IMG/VR virus record: IMGVR_UViG_3300032893_000025
Coordinates: 1 to 64,000 of that record
DNA: 64,000 nt
DNA from: a virus
Direction: 5' to 3' (one strand)
The notes below the pieces were generated by a model, which had not been told where the DNA came from, did not search any database, and saw only the letters and a program-made list of their open reading frames with translations. A program made the translations under genes and the position numbers. Positions 56,148 through 64,000 of the stretch are shown in pieces; position 1 is the stretch's first letter; the number at the start of each line of letters is the position of its first letter.

Positions 56148-56840
56148 TTAATTCTGTTTAGTTTGCAACATATATTTATACTCTTTTAAATAAATATCCA
56201 CAGCCAATCTTATCATTTCTTCATGGTTATAGTTTTGTAACTCACAAGTTAGTGTTGTGTTACCTGATGCAGTTAATCCCATATATTTAGGACTTCTTAA
56301 GTAAGTTAAACTTATACTGTCACTATTTGTATCAACTGTAGTGTAACTATCTACTATTACCAGCATTACATCACTTCCTTCAAAATATACTATTGGTTCA
56401 TTTAATATAGGTTTATTATAAATATTACTTGTAATTTTACCTACATCACTATAATTATCCCCAACAATATTATTAGTCCATCCTGTTACAGATATTGGTT
56501 GTGTTCTTGTTACATAAGAATCTGATCTTATATAATGTAAAAAAGATATACCCGTTAATCCTACCCTAAACCCTATTCCAGTTAATGGCCCAGTAGTTAT
56601 ACTATCTGGAGTTATTAATTCTGAAACAATTAAATTTCTTAAATCCCCGAAGTTTTTCTGTATACTTTCTATATTTTCTTTAAAAGTTGGTTTATTAAGA
56701 TACTTATTATATAAATATCTTGTTTGAGCTATATTTATCATTATAAGTTTGGTATCTGTATCAACAGGTTCTTCCTTGAACTTTGGATCTACAGTTTCAA
56801 TTAACTTATCAAATTCATATAAAAACTCATATACATTCAT
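56148..56840 (-). CDS. tail ring protein (paralog)
   Basis: MINIAQ...YNKP...TYLRSP...CELQNYNHEEMIRLAV. Confidence 0.7.
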   Translation of the reverse strand: MNVYEFLYEFDKLIETVDPKFKEEPVDTDTKLIMINIAQTRYLYNKYLNKPTFKENIESIQKNFGDLRNLIVSELITPDSITTGPLTGIGFRVGLTGISFLHYIRSDSYVTRTQPISVTGWTNNIVGDNYSDVGKITSNIYNKPILNEPIVYFEGSDVMLVIVDSYTTVDTNSDSISLTYLRSPKYMGLTASGNTTLTCELQNYNHEEMIRLAVDIYLKEYKYMLQTKQN

Positions 56841-57475
56841 TAGTTACTACTTTGGGTTTCTTGTATATTAAATACAACTTTTGATATATCTATAGCTTTA
56901 TCTACTATTCTTCTATGTAAACTTTCTTGCAATTCACAATTATTAATAGAACTTATATCTGTTCTTTTTTTAACATATATTAAAGAGATATTAGTAATTG
57001 TTGTATAATCATCTCCTAAAACTGTTAATTTATTATCTTCTATATAACATTTAGGATTTTTAAATATCCTACTTGAATTAAATACAGAAGATAATATTTC
57101 TGTTGCTTTATCTCTTGATACTACAAAATTCTTTAATGGTTGGGCAGATGATATAAATTGTGTAGGAATAAATCCTGTTGCTGACATTGCCGTTCTAGTT
57201 AAAGAAGAATAAGAGTCTATGTATAGCCAGTAATCTGCTGGTAAAGCCCTATAATAAACTTTATTGGATCCTGTGTAAGTTGCTGCTACAGAATCTGTAG
57301 TTACTATCTCTTCTAATAAGAGATAATTTTTTTCATTATATAAATCTTTTATAATATAATCCTGAGATCTATTAAGTAACGCATACACCTGAGTATCTGT
57401 GAACCCAGGTGCTGCTCCTGAAGCAATTACATCTGCTCCAAGTCTAAATTCATATAACATCTCAGTATTAGTCAT
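56840..57475 (-). CDS. tail ring protein (paralog)
   Basis: SGAAPGF..LLNRSQ...FKNP...CELQESLHRRIVDKAI. Confidence 0.7.
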   Translation of the reverse strand: MTNTEMLYEFRLGADVIASGAAPGFTDTQVYALLNRSQDYIIKDLYNEKNYLLLEEIVTTDSVAATYTGSNKVYYRALPADYWLYIDSYSSLTRTAMSATGFIPTQFISSAQPLKNFVVSRDKATEILSSVFNSSRIFKNPKCYIEDNKLTVLGDDYTTITNISLIYVKKRTDISSINNCELQESLHRRIVDKAIDISKVVFNIQETQSSN

Positions 57476-58449
57476 TATTCAGCTTCTACTTTTTTACTAG
57501 TTGATTTTCCTATAGGATTATATACTCCATTAGCCAAATCTATTCTTTCTAAAAGAATTAAATAAGTATCATCCTTATCTTTATTCTTTTCTGCTAAAGC
57601 TAAATAACTAATCATTTCTTCCATAGTATATTTACTTCCACCAGGAAGATTATAACTATCTACCCCATTCTTTGTTATTGCACCAGCAGTTACTCCATTA
57701 AGTAAAAGAATCTTGTATTTCTTATCAGGATCATCTATAATGGCTAAAAATCCTTTTTTATCTTTAGATATTATTTCATCTATATCCTGAACAAGTCTAT
57801 TACTTGTTATATTTTTAGGTACTTCTATAAAGTCTTTTTTGCTTAAATGATATAATCTTAAGAATTCTACCATTCTGTCAATATTACTTTGTAGTTTACC
57901 AAATTCAGTGTAACATTTAGTTAATACTTCAGCAGCAGTCTTTTTAGATGTATCTTCATATTCTCCATCTTTTAATGCCCAAACATAATGTTGTTTGTCT
58001 AATCTTTGTTCCCAGGATGGAGCTATATCATGCCACATCTTTAGTATTTTATACTTTATCATATCCTCAGGAATGGATAAGTCTAACATATAACCATTTA
58101 ATTTTATAGAAGCATCTACTTCAAATTTTACTCTGGTTAGATTACTTTTTCCTGTATTCCAAACACAGTTTGGGTCATTACTGTTAGGTGTTAAATCTAT
58201 ACCTATAACACTCTCAAAGAATTCTTTTTCTTCTGGTGATTCAAAAGGATTAAAATAATACCCTTTATCTGATATTGGTAAACATCTTTCAAACATAGCC
58301 CCATCATACATAAAACTGTGTATTGAATTTGAACTAGATTTAATAAGAGTTAAATCTTTTCCATCAATTGGCTTTAAAGCCACTTTCTTGTTTTTTAAAA
58401 ATCCTTTTTTAATTCCTTCCTCAATTGTCCAAGTTTTCTTACTTTCCAT
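57475..58449 (-). CDS. conserved crAss-like protein downstream of the major capsid gene
   Basis: LDLSIPEDMIKYKIL...IAPS motif; gene order. Confidence 0.65.
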   Translation of the reverse strand: MESKKTWTIEEGIKKGFLKNKKVALKPIDGKDLTLIKSSSNSIHSFMYDGAMFERCLPISDKGYYFNPFESPEEKEFFESVIGIDLTPNSNDPNCVWNTGKSNLTRVKFEVDASIKLNGYMLDLSIPEDMIKYKILKMWHDIAPSWEQRLDKQHYVWALKDGEYEDTSKKTAAEVLTKCYTEFGKLQSNIDRMVEFLRLYHLSKKDFIEVPKNITSNRLVQDIDEIISKDKKGFLAIIDDPDKKYKILLLNGVTAGAITKNGVDSYNLPGGSKYTMEEMISYLALAEKNKDKDDTYLILLERIDLANGVYNPIGKSTSKKVEAE

Positions 58450-58470
58450 AGTTTACTTTAATTTAAATTT

Positions 58471-58509
58471 ATAAAATAAAGTAAAGGTGCATTTCTACAC
58501 CTTTACTTT
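58471..58509 (-). terminator. hairpin/terminator after the major capsid gene
   Basis: 12-bp stem AAAGTAAAGGTG/CACCTTTACTTT flanked by A/T tracts. Confidence 0.7.
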
Positions 58510-58519
58510 TTAGTTTTTA

Positions 58520-60028
58520 TTAATAACCAAGTGCTTTATAAGTAGATGGCATGTAACGTCCTGTACGTAAAGGATTTTTAATCCTGACAGAAGTTATACA
58601 CATTTTACTTAATTGGTAAGCATCTTGCATATCAGCTACAGGATGTGGTACAGATCCTAGTCCGCCTGGGCTATAAGGATCACGGAATCCAGGTCTATAA
58701 GCCATGAATTCTTCCCAACCTTTAATACCTACTTTAGCAATATTAGGTTCTCCTTTATCTGAACCAAAATCCCAGATATTGTAAATGTAAGAACTGATAT
58801 AACCACCATTTGGATTAGAAATCTTACCAGCGGTTACTGGACTATCTAACATCTTATCAACCATCATTTCAATAGTAATACCATTGATCCAGTCAAATTT
58901 AGTTATTTGTCCTTCAGTTACATTAACTTTACCATTAACAACTTGAACGTTATGGTCACTTCTTAACCAAGCATAAGTAGCCATTTTAGCGGCAACAGCT
59001 TTATGGAATTGATACATACCAAATTCTCCAGTTGTTACTAAGAAACGTCTATCACTTTCATCTAACTTGTTATAAGAGATACCCATTAAGAAATCTGTAA
59101 AGCCATCTAAGTTAAATACATTGTAAAAACCTAAGTTAGAACCAGCCATTTGGTCATAAAGACCATAACCAGCTTTAACAGGATTACCAGATTCACCAAA
59201 GATTTGAGTAGTACCATCAAGACCTACAGTATTTTTACCATAAAGAATAACTCTTGCCTGATCTCTCTTAGCTTGTTTGTAGAATTCCCATTCTAATTTA
59301 TTAATCCATGCTTCCTGAATTTTACCTTTATCATCTTGGAATTTAAAAGCTAAAGGAATATTCTTACCAGCAGCAATTATAGAAGAAGGAATAGTCACAC
59401 TTTTTCTAATATGAGTGATCCAGTTTTGTAGTTCAAACATACTTTCAAAATGTATATCACTACCACGCAATGACATATCTTCTTCAACAGGAGCATAAAG
59501 TGATCCATAAGGTACACCAGCTAGTAATTCTTCTACAGGCATGTAAGATGTTGGGCTACTTCCGTAAACCTGAACTTTATACCTCCAATAAGAACCAACT
59601 TGTGTAGGATCTTCCATAATACGTACCTGATAATCTTCAGGTCTTAACCCTGCTATAACAGATGGAGCACTAAACCATTTTTCTGCAAAATACAGATAGA
59701 ATGGTTGAAAGTTTTCCCCTACTTTAGCAGTAGTAGATGAACTTACTTCAGTTTCTGATAACCCATAGGTAGCTTTTACCAATGGAATATTTCTTTCAGA
59801 TGTACCGCGTAAGTACCATTTATATACTGGTTGATCTGTATAGATAGTAGGATACTTATCTACTACAGCAACGAGATTATCATCCCCGTTAACCATACTA
59901 TATAAATTATCAATAGTTTGTGATAGAACTGCCGGCCCTTTAGTGTATCCTATATAGGCCAGATTGTTCCACTTTGTAAAACCAGCCCAGTATTTGGGAT
60001 TGGTCACTTGAGTTACCGCAATTTTCAT
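58520..60028 (-). CDS. major capsid protein (crAss-like)
   Basis: 502 aa; YFAEKWF, GESGNPVKAGYGLYDQM, TGEFGMYQFHKA and GFRDPYSP; after the scaffold gene and before a terminator. Confidence 0.88.
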   Translation of the reverse strand: MKIAVTQVTNPKYWAGFTKWNNLAYIGYTKGPAVLSQTIDNLYSMVNGDDNLVAVVDKYPTIYTDQPVYKWYLRGTSERNIPLVKATYGLSETEVSSSTTAKVGENFQPFYLYFAEKWFSAPSVIAGLRPEDYQVRIMEDPTQVGSYWRYKVQVYGSSPTSYMPVEELLAGVPYGSLYAPVEEDMSLRGSDIHFESMFELQNWITHIRKSVTIPSSIIAAGKNIPLAFKFQDDKGKIQEAWINKLEWEFYKQAKRDQARVILYGKNTVGLDGTTQIFGESGNPVKAGYGLYDQMAGSNLGFYNVFNLDGFTDFLMGISYNKLDESDRRFLVTTGEFGMYQFHKAVAAKMATYAWLRSDHNVQVVNGKVNVTEGQITKFDWINGITIEMMVDKMLDSPVTAGKISNPNGGYISSYIYNIWDFGSDKGEPNIAKVGIKGWEEFMAYRPGFRDPYSPGGLGSVPHPVADMQDAYQLSKMCITSVRIKNPLRTGRYMPSTYKALGY

Positions 60029-60046
60029 ATTTATTTATAATTAAGC

Positions 60047-61219
60047 TTATCTTCTTGTATTAATTGTACCAAACAGACTGTCTAAAGTTCCCTTTCCTGA
60101 TTCATCATCTTCTGTATCCATTACTGGATTACCACCTTTCCTTGGTGTAGTTTTAAGGATATTTTCTAATTCTTCAGTTGCTTTAGTTTTAGCTTTTGCT
60201 AAAGGCTTATCAAACTTTCCATCTAATAATCCATTTTTAATAGCATAAGCAACCATAGTATCAAATTTAATAGGATCTTTTTGTCTTAAAGACCACATAT
60301 TTCCTGAAAGTACATCTTTCTTTAAAGCATCTTTAGTTTGCTTATTAATCTTTACCCCAGGAATAGGTTCTTCAAGTTTATCAATAAATTCCGTGTATTT
60401 AGCTACAATTTGTTTCTTCTGTTCTTCCTTTACTTTAGCTTCTTCAACTTTAGCCTTTTCAGCCTGTTTAATTTGCTCTTTAGTAAATTCTTTAACATTT
60501 TTAAGAGATTGTTTGGATTCTTCAATATCTTCTCCAGATTTAACAATTCTCTCTACTTCTTTTTTAATCTTTTCTTCAGAGAAGTTTGTAGAGTTGTAAA
60601 GATCTTGGGCAATTATTTTCTTTCTTAAATCTTCTTTATCTTCTCCTAACAAATCTTCTTCTTTAATACTATCGTATTGAATTTTAGAAGCTATAAGAGA
60701 AGTTGCTGTTGCAGTATCTAAACCAAGATCTTTTAATCTTACATATTCTTTAGCATCATCTTCAAGTTCTTCTATTACACTTTGTCTTGCAATAGTAGCC
60801 TCTTTAGCAAATACTTCTTTTACTGCTTCTGCTGTACCTACTTCTTCAACTCTTTTTTCAAAATCTTCTTTACTAAATTCACTAAGGACTTCCTCCTCTA
60901 CCAGACTTTGGAAAACAAGACTATGGACATTGGAAGAAGATTTAATATTTTTGGTAGAAGGAGGAGCCTTAGTTGTAACTTTAGGTTCTTTCTCTAACTC
61001 TTCTTCATCTTTTTCATCCTTTCCAGGATTATCTTGCTTTTCTTTTATTTCTTCAGTTTCTTCTGGAAACTCATCTTCAGTTCCAGTTTTATCTATCTTT
61101 TCTATTTCTCCAGACTCAACTCCTTGTTGAACCTGTTCTTCCATTAAAGAAAACATATCAGTTCCAATTTCTGAATTATTTTCCATTAAGTTTGTAAAAT
61201 CAATTGTGTCTCTTTCCAT
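60047..61219 (-). CDS. capsid scaffolding-like protein
   Basis: Highly acidic low-complexity N-terminus, coiled coils, directly upstream of the major capsid gene. Confidence 0.65.
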   Translation of the reverse strand: MERDTIDFTNLMENNSEIGTDMFSLMEEQVQQGVESGEIEKIDKTGTEDEFPEETEEIKEKQDNPGKDEKDEEELEKEPKVTTKAPPSTKNIKSSSNVHSLVFQSLVEEEVLSEFSKEDFEKRVEEVGTAEAVKEVFAKEATIARQSVIEELEDDAKEYVRLKDLGLDTATATSLIASKIQYDSIKEEDLLGEDKEDLRKKIIAQDLYNSTNFSEEKIKKEVERIVKSGEDIEESKQSLKNVKEFTKEQIKQAEKAKVEEAKVKEEQKKQIVAKYTEFIDKLEEPIPGVKINKQTKDALKKDVLSGNMWSLRQKDPIKFDTMVAYAIKNGLLDGKFDKPLAKAKTKATEELENILKTTPRKGGNPVMDTEDDESGKGTLDSLFGTINTRR

Positions 61220-61239
61220 ATTGTCTTGTTATTTGTTAG

Positions 61240-61271
61240 CAAATATATCTATAAGTTAAAAGTTTAACAAC
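61240..61271 (-). promoter_or_regulatory. Bacteroidota-type promoter for the capsid operon
   Basis: On the - strand GTTG, 20-nt spacer, TATATTTG (61247-61240), 20 nt upstream of the scaffold ATG. Confidence 0.6.
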
Positions 61272-61539
61272 TTAATAAGTTATTATTTCAGTTTATTATA
61301 ACTAAAAGTTTAAACTATAATTTAGATAATAAAATTATTACCTCTAGAAATGCAACTACTATTCTAAGTAAAGTATTGTTTAAAAATGGCATTTTATTCA
61401 ATACCCAATCAAATACTGATGTTTTACCTTCTGATTTATCACTAGATATATTAGTATAAAGTAAATCCTATATCTCTAAGTTGTTGTAATATATATATAT
61501 TGTAATTCTATTATTTATTATATAAGATTTATAAAAACA

Positions 61540-61788
61540 TTAATTAGGTTTAGTTATACTATCATCCTTTAATCCTGATTTTAATTCTGCTAATTTATGT
61601 AAATATTTAGGGGTAAATATAGCTAGTAGTATCATAAAAGAATAAAATATAAAATCCCCAGAAATAGGATTTTTACTATATAACCAAAACAAGGTAAGTA
61701 TAAAATAAAATATAAGTAATAAAAAAGATTGTAATCGTGTTGAACTCTTTACACCTTCTGATTCTTCAAAGAACCCTATTTTTTTCAT
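61540..61788 (-). CDS. second holin-like 2-TM protein (SSTR motif)
   Basis: FFEESEGVKSSTRL followed by two TM helices; resembles 45106-45372. Confidence 0.55.
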   Translation of the reverse strand: MKKIGFFEESEGVKSSTRLQSFLLLIFYFILTLFWLYSKNPISGDFIFYSFMILLAIFTPKYLHKLAELKSGLKDDSITKPN

Positions 61789-61814
61789 AATATTAATTAT
61801 TTAAGTTAAACATC

Positions 61815-63917
61815 TTATTGTTCAGTTCGTACCAGTATCAACCATTCATAAGGTGCAATCGTAATTGGATAGGTTGGCGTTGTGCCATCCAATTTAATAT
61901 AATCATTATGTGGCATATCACTCAATTTTACAATCTTATTATTTCTTGTAAAATTTACAAGTGGATAAACGTAATTGGTTTTACTTTTTGTAGAATTCAC
62001 CCATAACGAAGGAGTTATTATTTGTTCATTTGTTCTATGCCAATTATAAGTTGTCTGGTCTGTAACTGTCCAGAAATGCAAATTTTGTGCTCTCATTGTT
62101 TCTGTATTGTGCGACATATAAAAAATACTGTCATTTTTTGCAGGGGCCTGCCCAAATGGTAAGTAATAACGATTATTGTTAAAAATATTACTTCCGCGCA
62201 CTGCTCCTAAATCATAAGCATATACTGGATTATCAACATATTGTAAAATAAAATCATTATATTCAACATCATTATTCCCCCCACTTAAGGGAGTTTGATT
62301 TCCATTAATCCATAATCCAACATTTTTATCAGAGCCCACCCCTGTTGTTATAAAAGTATTATTTTTAATAATATGCGAATCCCCTTCAATGGTTGCCGCA
62401 AAATGTGAATTTGTTGAATAATTATATTGTGCATCAATAAATGAAGAACCCTCATCGCAATAAATACCATACTTATAAATTGCAATAGTAGGCATTCTGT
62501 CAATTATATTATTTTTGATCTGGCAATAGTTAAAACTATAAGGATTCTTGTGGTAAACATTATTATAAGAATAATTGCAATAAAATGTCCTTATTCCCCC
62601 ACAATCTATCATATTTGTAGCATAATTCCATACATAATTATGATGAATATTAACTGCATTGGTTGTTAAAAATTCAATGCCGGCATATCCTGTATTTTTA
62701 ACTATATTGTAGGATAATTCTATAAGATAACAACGAAGCATATAAATACCTTGTCCAATCATACCCATCATTGCATCGTAAGTAATATCATAACGCCCCC
62801 AACCTATAATAGAATCACAACGATCTATATAATTATTCATAATCAATGCATTATGAGATGTCCTCAAGTAAATAGCACGATTATTACTATCTATAATTGA
62901 ATCATTTTTTATGACAATATTTTGGCATGAATCTAATAAAAATCCATGCCTACCAGAATTGGATATGGTTAAATTATTAAATGAAATTTGAGAACAGTTG
63001 TATGCATCTATAGTATTATCAGATGCTCCGGCAAAATTTATATTATTAAAAGCAATGTTATTGCAATTAACCAATTTAATACCATGTTTATAATAACTTA
63101 CGGAAATGTTACTCGGTGAACCAGATGAATAAATATAAATAGTTTTTGCAATTGAATCATAAGCCCATTCATTTGCTGTTGTAATGCAATTTTTATGATT
63201 TTGAATAAAATAAAGAGTCCCATTAGTCGCTCCAAACGCACCATAATATCCATGTCCGGGAGTTAATCCTGCATAAATTGTTCCATCAAAATTGTGATAA
63301 GAATTAGTATCATTGGCCCAAAAATTAAAAGTTTTATTACTATAAGTTGTACATCTGATTACCTTAATATACCATGTAAATGGTGCTGTTACTAATTCAC
63401 AACCATTCCAGTAATTATCGGCTCTGGCACTCGTATCATTTGCAATTAATGAATATACTGTTCCACCTGTTGCAGATTTATAATTAATTTTTGGGTATCT
63501 GGCTAAGATTCCTCGCGTTGAGCCAAAAAATACAGTGGTTATTTCTGGTGGAAAATGACTATCTTGAACATGCCAAATATTCCCAGCATTTGTCCATCCT
63601 ATAATTGTTTTAAATAAATTAACAACGGGATTTGCACCAATTCCATAGGCCCCAATCGAAATATTATTCTTTGAATAAAAACTTATGGTATCCTGAAAAA
63701 CACTGCCCCTTTCCAACCCAATACTTTGATTAGATTGAACTGTAGTTATTGCCTTATTTATTGTTTGAAAAGGAAGACTTTTTGTTCCAGGATTATTATC
63801 ACTTCCATTATTTGAGACATAATAATTAAAAATTTCCCTATTTTTTAACGAAACGTGAAAAGTCTGAGACATTAAATCCCCGCATATAGATAATAATAAA
63901 AAAAATATAATTTTCAT
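61815..63917 (-). CDS. second parallel beta-helix protein with signal-like N-terminus
   Basis: YYVSNNGSDNNPGTKSLPFQTI, GAYGIGANP, NEWAYD, DCGGI and YGIYCD; paralog of 45385-48222. Confidence 0.75.
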   Translation of the reverse strand: MKIIFFLLLSICGDLMSQTFHVSLKNREIFNYYVSNNGSDNNPGTKSLPFQTINKAITTVQSNQSIGLERGSVFQDTISFYSKNNISIGAYGIGANPVVNLFKTIIGWTNAGNIWHVQDSHFPPEITTVFFGSTRGILARYPKINYKSATGGTVYSLIANDTSARADNYWNGCELVTAPFTWYIKVIRCTTYSNKTFNFWANDTNSYHNFDGTIYAGLTPGHGYYGAFGATNGTLYFIQNHKNCITTANEWAYDSIAKTIYIYSSGSPSNISVSYYKHGIKLVNCNNIAFNNINFAGASDNTIDAYNCSQISFNNLTISNSGRHGFLLDSCQNIVIKNDSIIDSNNRAIYLRTSHNALIMNNYIDRCDSIIGWGRYDITYDAMMGMIGQGIYMLRCYLIELSYNIVKNTGYAGIEFLTTNAVNIHHNYVWNYATNMIDCGGIRTFYCNYSYNNVYHKNPYSFNYCQIKNNIIDRMPTIAIYKYGIYCDEGSSFIDAQYNYSTNSHFAATIEGDSHIIKNNTFITTGVGSDKNVGLWINGNQTPLSGGNNDVEYNDFILQYVDNPVYAYDLGAVRGSNIFNNNRYYLPFGQAPAKNDSIFYMSHNTETMRAQNLHFWTVTDQTTYNWHRTNEQIITPSLWVNSTKSKTNYVYPLVNFTRNNKIVKLSDMPHNDYIKLDGTTPTYPITIAPYEWLILVRTEQ

Positions 63918-63918
63918 A

Positions 63919-63999
63919 TTAAAACGGATTTCTATGTAAAGCAGTTTCTAAAGCATTTACGCGTAAATAAAATTTATTTATGTGATAATTTTGTAAAGC
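63919..63999 (-). CDS. C-terminal end of a gene starting outside the window
   Basis: Open frame ALQNYHINKFYLRVNALETALHRNPF*, stopping 1 nt before the next ATG. Confidence 0.55.
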   Translation of the reverse strand, partial: ALQNYHINKFYLRVNALETALHRNPF

Positions 64000-64000
64000 T

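Noticed and set aside
17208-62006. + strand ORFs inside the structural genes (for example 26636-27094, 30449-30745, 36854-37255, 60338-61130)
   Set aside because: They are antisense shadows of long - strand genes, rich in Ser/Phe/Leu, with no motifs.
16091-63917. Stop-codon reassignment (TAG to Gln or TGA to Trp), known in some crAss-like phages
   Set aside because: Very long ORFs are intact under the standard code, TAG terminates genes (for example at 37412 and 45106), and no suppressor tRNA is present in the arrays.

Overview
AT-rich 64 kb segment of a crAss-like (Crassvirales-type) phage genome, probably infecting a Bacteroidota host, using the standard genetic code. The + strand (1-14253) carries replication and accessory genes: vWA protein, AAA ATPase, probable SSB, primase, PD-(D/E)xK nuclease, M28-like peptidase plus ATP-grasp ligase, 5'-3' exonuclease, uracil-DNA glycosylase and two metallophosphoesterases. 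The - strand (16091-64000) carries the virion and lysis module: scaffold, major capsid, ring and hub proteins, tail fibre, beta-helix proteins, holins, GH108 endolysin, muzzle, cargo proteins and a 4442-aa virion RNA polymerase. Between them (14270-16070) lie 17 tRNA genes in two arrays of 6 and 11. The main finding is upstream of each array: a Bacteroidota-type promoter, a short leader ORF, and mutually exclusive antiterminator/terminator hairpins. The sensing segment of each leader is built only from codons for the tRNAs encoded directly downstream. Leader 1 covers Ile-ATA, Arg-CGA, His, Glu, Gln and Pro. Leader 2 covers Arg-AGA, Asn, Trp, Met, Val, Ala, Ile-ATT, Asp, Gly, Lys and Thr. This looks like a ribosome-stalling attenuator that turns on phage tRNA synthesis when the matching host tRNAs are depleted, for example by anticodon nucleases. 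The mechanism is inferred from sequence only. Protein calls come from motifs and recalled gene order, not database searches.
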